The position numbers and the translations under genes were made by a program. Below are positions 22,097 to 37,000 of a stretch of 64,000 nucleotides of DNA, piece after piece. The DNA is taken from contig CAIIXF020000001.1 of the NCBI GenBank assembly GCA_903813345.2, positions 43,958,001 to 44,022,000 on the forward strand. The letters are read 5' to 3'. Below the pieces are notes generated by a model. It was not told the origin of the DNA and made no database searches. It worked only from the letters and a program-made list of their open reading frames with translations. This DNA is from Owenia fusiformis. Its lineage: Eukaryota. The stretch's first letter is position 1. Every line of letters starts with the position of its first letter.

Positions 22097-25000
22097 CTGG
22101 AACACAAAATAAAATGCGGATTGGCTAACAAAAGGAAATCAATACAAGAATTACAAGGCATTAACATGTACAATGTCATCACCTGCCATTTGTTACAGAC
22201 CCGAACACCATTCACAAAATAGTTGGGAGATTATTACAATGTGTCACAACTTCTGATGCTGACATAATAATACAAGGCATTAATATGCAAAATGCACCTG
22301 CCATATGTTACAGACGCTGGCTGGCAAACACCAACTGCTGAACACGGTCCATAAAAAAGTTGACGACTATAACAATATGTCACAACTTCTGGTGCTGACA
22401 TAACAGTACAAGGCATTAACATGCAAAATGTCACCACCTGTCATATGTTACAGACGCTGACGCCAAACACCAACTGCTGAACACTGTCCATAAAAAAGTT
22501 GGAGACTATAACAATATGTGCCATAAAAACCATGAAACTCAGTTTATAGATGTCATGCCATTCCAAGCACTGCATTCTACAGGTTGGCAAGAGTACATGT
22601 TCAATGATTTAACCAATAAACAGTTAGAGGACACCAATCATTTGAGGGTGTACTGTACAAGTATCATTGGAAATATTATTCAATTCTCAGTATTTTGAGC
22701 TTATACCCATATTGAGCCATTATCAATGAAGAAATTCATATTCTAAGAACATACATGACCTAGGAGTTTCTCATTTTAAGTTAACTAGTGACAATATTTG
22801 GGCATGTCAGTAACTTTTATCAGATGTAACTTTCCTCAGAGTCACAATTTTTTCGCTAATACATGCCTATTTCAACTTTAAGAAAAGCCAGAGAATCCAG
22901 ATCAAAAGAAAAACTACAAAAAAGTTTTCAAAATAGGGGGGAGGCACGTCTGCCTCCCCTTAGAAAAAATCTATCAACAACATTTAGTTGTCCGGTATAT
23001 TCTTAACATGTCTGATAATTGTGGTGTTTAATCGGCAAAGATTCGGATATTCCATAAATATCTTGATAATAAAATAAGGAGTTGAATGACTTTAACCTTA
23101 AGGTATGACATCAGTATGCATACAGTAGAAGGTCACATGTTATTAATTATTACTTAGATTATTCATTTCACTCCGCCTACCTAAATAATAACATATACAA
23201 GTATTTCAAAAGAGTTTACTTACTGTGGGATTTACATTATCTTGATATGGATTGTATCCTCCCATGTCATTGGGCTGGCCACCAGAGGTGCCCATGTCAT
23301 CTCGAGGGGTACCAGGGCCATGTTGAGGGGAACTTTTGATGCCTTCCATAGGAGGAGGAGGACCTTCACCTAGATAGCAACAAAGTACACACATACTCAT
23401 TTCATAAAGAATATAGGCAGGGGTTCGGGCGAACCTCCCCCTGGCCAAAATTTCTCTCAAAATCATGCAGTTTTTCACCATTCTGACTATTTTTTGAGTG
23501 ATTTTTGGTCAAATTTGCCAAAGTGAAGTCCACCTAGAATTTTGGGGAAAAGTGAACCCCCCTTGGAAGATTCTGGCTACGGGCCTGATAGGTAAAGGTA
23601 TATACAGCATATACTTCTTGCAATATGGTTGTCACAAACAATCAAGTTGGATGAATATTGTGCAACCCATCTCAGGAATTCTCAACTCCCTACAGAAGAA
23701 ACTGCAATAGCTTACCATTCATAACAGATGGCATATCTCCTGGCCCAGCCATGCCTGGCATTGGGCCATCTGGTCCCATAGGATAGCCTCCAGGGCCCAT
23801 AGGCTTCATCATATTGTACATGCCATCTCCTGAATGCGTTGAATCTGAAAATAATTTGAGTGACTTTAATATAACTAATAATAGATAGCATATTTCTTCC
23901 TTTAGTTTTTCCCTTCTTTAGCTTGATCATTGAAAACATGTTGGTGTCTCAGAGGTTCTTAAATATGTTGGTGTCTCACATTGCGTGTATTGTCTCTTCA
24001 TCTCAAAAAGCTCTTGGTCTTTACAAACCTTTCAAAATCTCTTCAATAAATGGTCAGATCTTATTTTTTAATTCGTATGAGAATGATAATATATGTACAT
24101 ATTATATATTTCTACTTTTTTCTCATGTTGCCCCTCTTGTGCTTTCTCATGATCTTCTCTTGGTCAAAATTCACTTCAATAAAATATTATTCATAAAGAT
24201 GGCAGCACTATAAAGTTTAAGTTAATTTAACTATTTTTTATTAATGATAATAATGATGCCATTTCATTGAACGACTAGAAAGTCCTGTGTTTCTTTTTTG
24301 TACTGATAAACAAACAGATTTTTTCAATGAAACAACCTGATTATTATCTTAGATTGAAATTGTTTGACATCACCTGGAATAAAAGCTACTCTGCAGTTTA
24401 AGGTTGTTATGGCATCTAAGTTATGCTGCACTAATAACTACAGTAATTACTGCTACTACCACACACATGCATTGCAAATTATTAACACCTATATGTTTAC
24501 ATGTAATAATAATGAGTATTGCAGAGGGGCTCTTCCCAACTAGGGAACAAGGTATGTCTTTCTTTGACTTCAAGGGTAACACTTTTCCATATTGAAGACT
24601 TAAAATGGGTCCACCTGCCGTATCAGGATAACAGAGTGTTGGCATATTTATCCATTTAGCAATACAACAACAAGATTCCTCCAAGATGAGATTATTTAGG
24701 TTAGTTTATTGGGGATTATATTTAATGCAAAGAAGGCTATGTTACTTTATGATTAGTTTCCTTCTAGATTTAATCACCTGGTTGTTTGACTGAGTTCATT
24801 CTGTGGGGGGAAAATGCTTGTTTAGGTGTTCCTAACAAATAAAAGCAAATGAGAAATAAATGTCTGACACATCAGATCTGTGGTGCAAAATAAGAGCAAA
24901 CCTTATCAAATATTTTCAACTAACAAATATACAATGTGAAGAAGTATACAATAAAGCAGGGTGGTTTCTAATTTTTATTTTGGATATGATGACCTTTGAC

Positions 25001-28000
25001 CTATTGATCAAAAGAAGTTTTGGAACATACCTTGTGGACTGGGCATTATGGGAGTTCCGGGGTGACCTGATACTGGTGGTCCCTGAAAATAAGTGAATTA
25101 GAATGAGATTTGTAATAAAAATGTAGAGAATGTAACAAAAACAAAGAGGAAACACACTAAAATAATTTTGTTTTCTGTATAAATCATTTGATTCATAATC
25201 ATTTATATAAATATGAAGATAATGCATCAGACAAACATGCATACGACATGATGAATTTCTTGATAGAATTTCAGGAACTTAATTCTTTTTCAAACATTGG
25301 AGATAACTGAGAATCCACTCCCTCTGAACCTCCTCAATAAAAGAAATGTAATAACAGAGGAATGCAACTTACTTGTGAGTTAGGTGGCCAAGGGCCCCTA
25401 CTACCCTGTCCTGGTCCAGGACCACCTGGCCTGAAAACAAATTAAATTATAATGTAAAACATTTATACTTATTCATTTTTCAATTTACATACAGTGCTGG
25501 CCTGGGTTATTTTTTTACCTATTATGGAATTATTAGGTTTAGGTATTATGGAATGAAATATGTTATCCTTGTTTATTATGGGAGTAACTGCACTGAAAGA
25601 TGTATTTCGTATTCCATAATATAACTGAGAACACACAGAACAACAGCTTAGAAAACATTAAACAAACACACAAACTTGACTTCGCTCTTTTTATCAACAA
25701 AACAAAAGATTTTTGTTCAACATTATGAGCCTGTGAATGTTTTTTAAAATACTGTATCTTTATGTGGAAAAAGATGGCATTGTCTTCTGAAATTGTGCAC
25801 ATACTGTACAAGCAAATAATGTCCATCTCCAGGTTTACTTACATTGACATAGGTGGCATTGGTGGTCCTGGTGTTCCTGGTCCCCCAGGGCCTCCAGGTA
25901 CCATACCATTAGGGGGTGGAGGACCTCGCATTCCATAATTCTGGAACACAATATGTACTAAATAAATATGACATTTTATTAAATGAACCAGCCGTCTTTC
26001 AGTTTCCCTTCAGGAAAAATATTGTAAACATTGAGTTATAGGTATTTTTATGTATAGCTTGCAAGATTGAAGACTTTTGTTTAAAAGTATTAATTGATAT
26101 TTGTTGCAATCCTTGGACCTAGATTCAAAATTAAAGATGAGAGAAATGTCACTTCTCAAATCTTCAAATTTTATATCTATATTGTATTGCTACTTACTGG
26201 ATTCATTGGGCCTCCTGGCCCAGGCATCCGCACAGGCCCCATCCCCCTCATTGGCCCCATTCCAGGTGGCACTGGAAAACACAGATGATACAGTATTTGA
26301 AACATTCAAAGATCCAATTTTAATACACTGACATCTAACAATAACATATCATTTATCATGTAAGAAGGAAACACATATTATACTGAAAAACATTGAATAG
26401 TAAAATAAATAACATCAGACTCCGTAGATGGCACCAATACGCGAACAATCACCACAAAAACAATAAGTTATATGATATTCTAAGTTGGTTTATTGTTGGT
26501 TCAGAAACATAATTAGAAGTTTGCCAAAATTTCCCAACAGGCTGACTCTTTTTGACTGCTATCCCAAGTACAAGTGCTTATAATAATATCATAAAACTTG
26601 CACCAATACATCATGGAAAGGTCTGTATGATATTATGCATGAGAGGTATGCTAACTGAATTGTCTGAATGTTTACATGGTTCATTGGTAAATGTAGTAAT
26701 GAAAAACAGCTGCGATTGAGTTATGATTGATTAATTCAGGCTGACAATTAGCGTTCAAATCACTACGTTAATCATGCCTAAAATGAATATAATACAAAGT
26801 AATGGCCTACTCTATCGGATCCAATTTCTTTGTCAGAGCCACTTCATGGAATTGAAATTGGACTTTTCTATCTTTCACAAAAAAACATAAAGCCGTTGGC
26901 ATAAATTCAATCTATTTAAAAAGGGGAAGACAATTCTATCCCTTGATATGAAATACATGGGTACAAAAGAAATAACAAAAAACTTGCTATTTGATTCCTT
27001 GTTAATAAGACAATTCAAGATCAATAAGTTATCCTGTTCTCAAGTCTTTTGATCCCTCAATACAATACATGATACCAAAAGAGTATAATTGTCCATAACA
27101 CAAAGCAGTCTCTTGATCATTCAATACAAGATATTTGGAGGCCCCATCTCTAAAACTGCTCCCTCCATACAAGCATGAGCATTACAAAGGCCCCAGCGTA
27201 TTAATCAATGTAAAACTCAGCATAAATTAAAAAGTAAATTACCGGTGTTTGTGTTTGGCAAGTTGTTTGTTTACTAAGCTAAGGCAAACATATTTCACTC
27301 AATGAGCCTGAGATATCATCTGTTCAACTGTCAGTGTCTGACTAAAAACATACTTTGCCTTTTAAACCTAGCTCACTGACTTTCAATTGAGAGCATTTAA
27401 ATTGCTGATATACATCATGTAGAACTTAAAAGAGGGCCAAGAGAAGATATAACATGACAAATCCATTACAGGGAAGACTATATAGCAACTACAAGAGTAT
27501 AAGGTTTGGGGGTCTGTTGATCATACATCAATGCAACTGTTGGCACATCCCACGTGTACTTCTGACTTCAAAAGCTTTAGAACAGTATAGAGGCATAGAA
27601 GCTGGGAATAAGTATTGGTTATTCAGGTTATGACACTATTGAACATGATGGTTTCATGATATCTGTTTTATGAGTGAAATATGAGAGGCGCTTATATTCC
27701 CCATTAATCTGGAGTGTGGTTTAAAGCCACTAACTCTCCTAGGCTCTATGAAGACGAATGTGCTGGATGTGAAGCTAACATGAATCAGTCGACCACCGCA
27801 ATAACCATTAGTAAGATTTCCCCTAAAGACAAATAAAATGCATTATCTGAAGAGGGGTTGTTCAGCTGAAGGCACAGACACAGGGAGAGGGCTAAGTGTG
27901 TGGAGGATAATTGCATGTCTAATGGCCAGAAAAGATAATAGAAGATAGATGCTCTCCCATGAAGCGCTCACTCAGGAAATGGAGCCAGGCTATGGAACAG

Positions 28001-31000
28001 GCGGGAACAAGTCACTCTGATTAAGCAGGTTTACATTTCATCTCATCCAGACATTACGGATATTGCTTGTATTGACCAGGTTTATAAAGTAGATAAGTTA
28101 TTGCAACACTCTGTTGTAATGCTATGTAACGCAACAACAAATAGGGTACACACAGTTGTAGTTATTGCCTTGAATGACTACAAATATATCTAGATTAAGA
28201 GCGCAAAAGCAAACGCACAGCAATAAATAAATGCTTTGGACCCCATCATAACTTATAATTAGGCGTGTATTAAATGAGACATTTTCTAATAAATGCATCT
28301 AATACTTGATGCAAATTTAGCATCTGGAGAATGTACATTAGACGTTATGAATGAAAAGAGCCAGTATTTTTACTCAAGAGACAGGACATAGAGACTTTTA
28401 GGGACTGTTTACAGAAACGAGGCCTGGGGCTGTATCCTTTATAACTCAATATTAAGATTAAATCAAGCAATTATTTGATTAGAAAATCTTAACATGAAAG
28501 ACAGAGCACTAAAAGCTAACAACTTAACTAGTGATCATACTCTGAATGGTCCAAATGCTGTATTGAAGGATTTATTTCTTAGAAAAAACTTTACTGGAAT
28601 TATAAATTAAACAGGCCAAGCAGGACTACTCATAACAATCTCAGTAGTATATCACTTCACAATTAGTGATAGAAACGGCACAATCGTTATGTTGTCTCTC
28701 CAGATATGTCCTATCATTAAGTTAGGAGAAATAGAGAATTCACAGCATATCACTGAATGATAGAATAATCTTAATAGCTGTGATAACATGGATAATTGCA
28801 GCTAAAATCCCAATATAAATGGAACAAATAGTTCAGAAAGAAATGGATTTACAACAATTTCTCAAGGGATAGTACAAGACTGTCAATGATATTACATTAG
28901 GTTATGTTGACACGCCATAAAGTTATGATGACATCATAACAGAAACATGGTGACAATAGAGGTAAGATGATATATTGTGATATTAAAATTGAAGACAGGT
29001 CTATGTCGATTTGTAACAATGCTAAATTAAAGTCAAGATATTGTTAAGCCAGGATGTCAAAATTAACTTGTTACTAAGGCGATGAATTGCTCCAATGTGA
29101 GATGTGACGACAACAGGTGAATACATAACACAAAAGGTATGGAGTTTCAAAATTAAGATATATTTGGTTCCCATGTCTGTTACTTCTTTATATCATCTAC
29201 TCAAAACATAGTAGTTCACACTGTAGATTATTTGCATGTATTTAACTGGAGGATAAACACATCTGGTCCCTAGAACAGGTCTGGCTCATTGATAGGGCAC
29301 CTATGTTTAGACAGGTCCTTTTCCTCCATAACTTGAACATGCTATGATCTCTTAACTGCGCTTTTATTGATATTAAAGTAGAATCCATAAAATATATTCC
29401 AGTACATGTAGACCTTTGATTTTTTTAATGTCAGGGAAGTTCGTTTAATATCATCAATACATAGTGTTTGTTTGTTTGTTTTGTTTGTTTGTTATATTCC
29501 CTCAGTGGAGTAATCACATCAACTGCCCTCCCATTTTCCTCAAAAGCAGAAGCTTGCCAGTTGAATAAAACCAAGTATTTTATTGGTGACCATGTTGAAC
29601 ATAAGTCGATGATATGAAACAACATATATTTGTGTTTGGAAGCCTCAGAAGTTGTGAGATAGATGTAAACATGGCCGAGGATGCTGGGTTAGCTGTGAAC
29701 ACAGTGATATCCTGGCCTAAACAACAGATACGCCGCCAGATCAAAGCCAGTCATCACAAAACATGGCTCTTCAATTAGCCCTAGTTGCCATCACAAACAC
29801 ATAGCTACATATCAAAAACCTGTGAAGATTACACAGCTTTTTACTTCCACACAGGCTCCATGTTAAAACATGGTACTAATAGATTCAAGCTAGCATGGTG
29901 ATAGTGCTATCTCATACCAAGTAGTTAGATCTGACATCTAACAGAATGTCAAGTTCCATGGGCAAGCTCAGATAGATGAAATAGTAAATTTCCTGATTGA
30001 AATTCCCACTGTTGTTGTTTGATGTTGAAATTGGTCAGGAGGGGGTGCATAATGCCACACAGTTAATCAGTGATGGGTTAGTAGAAGATGAGACAAGTCC
30101 TCTGATTGCATATAGAGGCTACTCTTTTTTAAAGAAATTTACTTTTTTATTAAATCAGATTATGTAGTCAGAAACAGCTGATATACATTTCACATTCAAA
30201 CTCCCATAAAGGGTCATGAAAGCTATTTTAGAGATTGTTCTGAGTCGCAAAACTAGAATCTGAATACTAGTGGTGCTAAAATTATTAGAGGATGGTATAG
30301 CCAGTTGATTGGACGTCAGGGTAAATTGATACAAGCTGGTTGGCTGGCTCAGCTGGTGCAACAACCCCTGATTCTAATGAGACATCTCGCCATACTAAAC
30401 CCACTTGCTCAATTAAGTAAGACAGGGATGGGTAGTTGAAAACTAATTGCATTGGTTAAGAACATCTCAGATGCTGCGGGCAGGAGCCATCAAAAAGTGA
30501 CGGGATTGGCCTATTGTTGGCTGCTGAGAGTGGAATGTAGCTGATAGCTTACACCAATTAATGTCGAGCCCCTTGGAGTCAACATTCCTGTCTAACAGCA
30601 CACAGCATCAAGTCATATTCTTTGACTTACACACCAACAATTTCTTCATATTCATCCAATGTACATTTACATATTTCATTTTAGCATTCTACTTGCTGAT
30701 GATTCCGAATGATATACTGATGCTAATTCTGACCCAAGTAGTTCTTTATTAACAATGATTGAGAAACTACATCCAAGTAAGGCAATATACCATCAACTTC
30801 AATTCTTTGATTTAGGCTCTCTCCAATCAGCTTACATTCACTAAGCATTCAAACTTCCAAACAACATGGTGATAATTATAGACATGTCATTATTACCAGG
30901 TAAACTGAGCCATTTATAAGCTAACAGTGCCGAAAGTATGCCTTTCTGTCAAAGAATCAAGGAATAAGTGTGTAATGTTGTTATTAACTTGTTTCATACT

Positions 31001-34000
31001 ACCTTGTCGATGCCTATCTTGGGTTCTGGTTCTGTGACAATCCGGCAAACATCTACACTTTCCAATGTAGTCTGCCTTTGCATTTTTAAAAGAGAACTTC
31101 ATGTGTACTCTTTGAGTTAGAGGTTATCAAGCCTTAACCAATCAGGGTATGGTTGATCAAATCCACCTACCCAATCCACAAGCAGTCACCAAACTGAATG
31201 CACTCATAAATACTGAAAAGCTTATTTCATACTGAAACTCATTGAAGGCAATGACAGATACTTCTGGGGTCATCTAGATCAACATTACATGCTTCCCCCT
31301 ATTCAGAGCCTCGTGTACTAGGCTCTGGTCCTGAGGATAAAAATGTAATACTCCAAAAGTTTGGTGAATTGTGACTGACAACTAACCCAATAGTCATTCT
31401 GATATTTCTCATATATTCATAGAGATTCTATCAAGATCTTATATTGCCTACTCTTTCTCTTAAAGAGTCAGAGATAGAATGGGATGGTATAGGAGCTTGG
31501 TTCAGGACTTCATCTTCTTGACCTCAAATGGAAGGATATGCCTTTTCATTTTGATTCTCAGAGATGATTGCCAATGCTCCAAATCTGTATTGCATGCTTT
31601 GGGCCAGTGTTGGTCTATGTGGTAAAATTGGATGTGATTGTGGTAGTTATCTCATGAGTTATGGTCTCTTAAATGTTTCATTAGATGCTAAATCTGATTG
31701 AGTGCCATGTGAATCAACTGAGCTTGGTTTACTAGGGTACGACACCCTTTGAGAAGATAAAACACAAAATTGACAGATACGAGTAGAGATGTGGCAGAGA
31801 AAAGTGGCTATCAATGGAAGGGTCGACAAATATTGCTTATAGTTTGGTACAATAAATACTGTCAAGTAGAACATTGTTGTAAGTGCAACACCTTATGAGG
31901 AGAATGGTTTTCAAAGAAACATGACCCACTGACTTAACGTTAATGAAATGTACAGAGGTTCTGCGCCCGAACCCCCAAACCCCTCCTAGCTACAGGCCTG
32001 TATACTATACACATACATGTATAAAGTAAAGCATGATTTAACTACATAGAACCAAATGCTGGAGGGTATTACGGAGAGAATCTGATAATCTCCTCAGAAT
32101 ATCTCATTATTTGTTATTACTTTAGTCCTTGTGTGGAGCTTCTAATGTTTTATAATATAATGGCTCTCAATTGGCATGGTAAAGCTAGATTAATCTTTTT
32201 AAAAGGCTTTTCATCAACACATAGAAATTGAATTTTATACCTTACTGCCATGTTGAGGTTTCATATAACCAAAGAAAGATAATTAACAAGGCAAGGTGAT
32301 ATGAAGAAATACATCTTATCATTAAATATGACCTTCCCAACTACCTCATCATAGCTGACAATATAATTTAACTTCATATCAAATTTTGATGGGTACCTTC
32401 CTATCTATTTCCCTTGGGAAGATGTGGTTGGGGATGGGGTAGAGGTATATAAGGTCCTGATACATTATTCATATAAATGTGTTTCTCATTCATATTAAAG
32501 AGGGGGTGGGAGGGGACTTAACATATGTAAATGTGATAACAAATATGCTTTTACATACCAGCTGACTGAGCATAAACCTATGGCCACTGTTCATGTCAGG
32601 TTTTGTGCTTTATCATGACACTTTTATGATTCTTTTCAAAACACTTCAATTGTTTTTTGATAAATGAGGTTTTAGTTTGATAGTGCATTCAATTTAGAAA
32701 GTTCTCAAACATTAAAAGACTGTGTGTGTCAATGGACCTTAAGATGTGATTAATATTCCAGGGTATCAAAGTCACTGTGGCTGTCACAAAACTTCAAAGT
32801 CTTCGCCTTACCATACATTAAAGCTTTAAAAAATCTTGAAATAGCTTTGCAAAACTCTTATCAATATAACATTTGAAATTATATACAGAGAGTGTAGTTA
32901 TTGAAACATAAGGGCTTTGTGAAGCCAATGTAAAACATGGCAAAACAGATCAACTTAGGTTTAATCTATTGGAAGGACAAAATGTGCTGAGATAAATACA
33001 GACTGGAGAAAACTAGAAGGATAAATATAACATAATTAACTGATATCTATTGGCAAATAATATTAGCAGTCATCAAGGCAAATAAAATAAAAATGGATCA
33101 TGAATTTTACAATGCGACAAATCATTTATAGCTCAATAAAAAGGCTAAGTCATTAGAATTAATAAATTCAACAATCATATACATACATAACTGAATCATC
33201 ATAATTCCAAAATGATTGGATATATGGCACAAGTGCATGCTGAAACAAACAGGTGAGATACTTTCAAACATACGCCAGTTGCAAAATTAGCTTTTAAGGT
33301 ACATACTTATGTGCAGAAATTGATGGCTTCCTAATTGGAGTCTTAAGTTATTTCATGTTTATATAACTCATTACAATACATGCTCTACACCTTTCAGTTT
33401 TGTACAAATAATAATACAAATACCTTGAATACTGATAACTACTATTCTAGAATTACAAAACTATCTTAAGCAGGTACTCGATACAAGACTATATGGGTAT
33501 CAGTGAGACACTGGTATTAAACTTAAAGAATATATCTAGTCCTGTATATGAGAGGTGATCAATAAGTAATAGATGCTTTTTATACAGATATTTTTTATTG
33601 ACCAATCTTTTAGATTTTTTCACCAGTGATGAACCAGAACAACGGCAACGCCAAAGCGTAGCGAATCCCATCGAACAGCCATGGATGGCATTTTTACAAA
33701 CAAAGTATATAGCAAAATGGCAGCCATTTTTCAAAATGGCCGCCTTCTACCAAAAGTGTCATTAAACCATGTGCCATGCTTATAGTATTCACATACCAAA
33801 TATGAACAAAATCGCTCCACTACTTTTCAAGTTATAGTAAAATACGTTAAAATGGCGGCCATTTTTCAAAATGGCTGCCTTCTACCAAAAGTGTCTGTAG
33901 ACAGTGTGCAATGTTTATAGTATTCACATACCGAATATGAACAAAATCGCTCCACTACTTTTCGAGTTACAGCAAAAATCGTAAAATATGAGTAAAGGCC

Positions 34001-37000
34001 GCCATTTTTCAAGATGGCTGCCATGTACTTCTTTAATATCTACATTTCTAGCTTTATTAATGTCCTATATAATTTTTTTACATCTAAAACATATTGCTAT
34101 TACAGTTTCACATATTGCATCTAAATTACTGTAAATTCGGCACTAAAATGGCCGCCATTTTGAAATGAGTGGCCATTTTGAAAATCGGCTTTTGAGCAGA
34201 ACTTCTACCCCCATAGGGTATATGTGTACAAAATATGAACAAAATCGGGCCAACAGTATTTGAGTTATTGCCCAGACGGACGGACGGACGGACGGAGGAG
34301 TTCCCTATATCCCTCCGAACTTCGTTCGATGGGATAACAATCAATTATCTATGATAAATATTTGGCACAATATGACACGGTCTCTAGTCTTGTGACAAGA
34401 GGTTGTGACAAAAAGAGAACATTTAAAGACCTGGTATGCTACACCATCAATATTATTTTATCATTTATTTATAGCAACAATAACAGCTTTCTCTACATGT
34501 TAATAATCTCAATTCCATTGACATGTAATGACTGGAAGTTGATCCCACAGAGATGTGTCACTATAAAACAAAATCATTCATTAATTATAAAGCCATTGCA
34601 GCTAGCAAATGAGATATTATATTGAACAGACTCAAAGACAGGAACACCCTTGAGTTCAGTTTGATAGCTAATATAAGGCTACACTTTTAGGAAATTAACT
34701 TCCTGCGAACGAGGATGTCAATCATGTCATAAGGATATTTGAACCTTTAACATGGACTTTCATGTTCTAATATCATAGATGCTATATTATCTCTGATAAT
34801 CATGTTCAATGAACTTTGAGATTTTTTCTGTCAATATTCAGAACTTTGATATTTTCATCCTCCTGATGTAGGGGGCCAAAGGTAATTAACCAACTTTCTT
34901 CCTTCGATAGAATCTGATGATATCTGGATCCCTGGTTTTGAAGGGTGGACCAATGAGATCATGCTGTTTATGAAACAGAAAGGTGTGTGATGCATGTCAG
35001 AATCACAAGAAAGCCATATATTTGGATATATGACAGCAGTCTAGTATAAAGCTCTTGAATGGAAGGAATTTTCACAAGTTGAAGAATACTTGATAGTGTA
35101 TGATGGTGTTCTTGGCACGACTATGACATGTGAGCTGTAGAGTTTTCACTAGCATAATACCAAACCTATCAGAACCATTGGTAAATATGAATGTTATAGC
35201 AAAGAAAGACATGGGTTCAAATGAAAGGATAAAAACGTGTGTATAAGTCCATGACAAACATGTGAAACTGGTAAAGTGAGACGAATATGTTTGCAAGTAA
35301 AACAACAACTATAGATGGTAATTATGCAGAGATTTTACAAGTACAGATCAATCTCTATCAGGAAGAACTTTTAACTACTTGGCAATGAATGGCCGTACTA
35401 AGACCCTTGGAGGCAATATTGTCATGCCAATCTTTAGAAATAATTCCAGGCAGTTTGATTAAGTGTTCCAAGTCATGTGCAGCATATCACAATTATATCA
35501 GGCCTTAATCCAGCACTGGTCCACATCAACTCAGTAATGGCTAAATGGATTGCTCAGAAAACATTGCTGCTTGAAAAGACCAGGAAATTATCCAGTAAAA
35601 GCAATTATGATACTGCCTATCAGGTTAATTAGAGAAAAGTGGTAGATATATCATACAATACTAGAGCTCTTCTTCTTACAATCAGGCATAACATTGAGGG
35701 GGACTCTAATGTTAGCATACGCCAAATGCCATTATTGGCAACTGGACTTCTTACTGCATTCAAAAGTTTTCTAAGTAAGCACACATTTAAAACTCTTTCT
35801 GCATCTGTTTAGTGTTGAGGACAGGTAAGGGCAGTGGTTACCATTGGCTGGCTACTTGGGACTTGATACTCGGACAGTCTTGCACCAAGCCTCTCATCCC
35901 TTTCCCAACATTTATTTCCTTTGTTGGAAAAAATGGGAGAAGGAACTCAGGTCTTGATGCAATGTGATACTTCAGACTAATAAAAAGCAATTGCAGATAT
36001 TGTGTGATGACTTGTTGAGAGAAATGTGATAAGCTGACTGTAACTCTGTAAAGTTTATGTTGGAAGATGAATACATAAGGCAATCTACTAATGGCTCCTA
36101 TAGCTAGAAGCTATGTGGGGGCCCCTGGGGTACACAAAAAAAGCGACAACGCGACATAGGCATTATGTTTTTATCATTTTAAAAATGAGTGAATGTAACA
36201 GGGTCATTTGACAGAAAACATTCATTAGATAACAATTGAATAATGGAAACAACATTCATGTTCATTTTTTCTCTAACAGTATGTTATTTGATGAAATAAA
36301 AAATGCACTAAAACTGACAAGTACACAAAAATTTTACAAAATGACACAAAAACGATGTTATGTTCTCTACAGCTGCAACAGTGATACATGCATACCCCTC
36401 TTGAGGCCCCTTATGTCAATTCAGCCTCCTGTATGGAGATGACAACACTATAAAAAGGATGGATAATATGGCATATTTCCACTATTAGTATTCTCCTAAG
36501 AAAGGTACAATCTCAAGTTGTTCAAGTGTCTACAAGAGACATATGATAACTACTGGTGGCGTGTAATTTCTTAATGGAAATCTACAACTAGTCTCTTTCT
36601 GACACAAAAACTCCACTGATTTGCATTAATTATAGAATCTGAGCCAATGGAATAGACTAGACCTAAGATATAAAGATGGTAAGTGTTTGGTATCTTTTAT
36701 CTATTGCAGCAAACAATTTGAAATGTAATGGATTTCTATAATGATAATGGCCTTTGACAAACTGCACTGTATGATGCAGCTTGGCTTAGGGAATTGATGA
36801 AGTTCTTAACAAAATTGCAATAAGTAGTTTATCAATCAGTAAGGCTAGAGCTAGGCATGACATAGATATTACTCAATGATCCCAAGGCCAGACTTTTTTC
36901 TATGCTGTATATACATCAAAGAAATCATAGATGGATGCAAATGACCATAACCTGCATGGTTTCAAAAAGACATTTTGCCACTTTAGTTTTCAAACACCGA

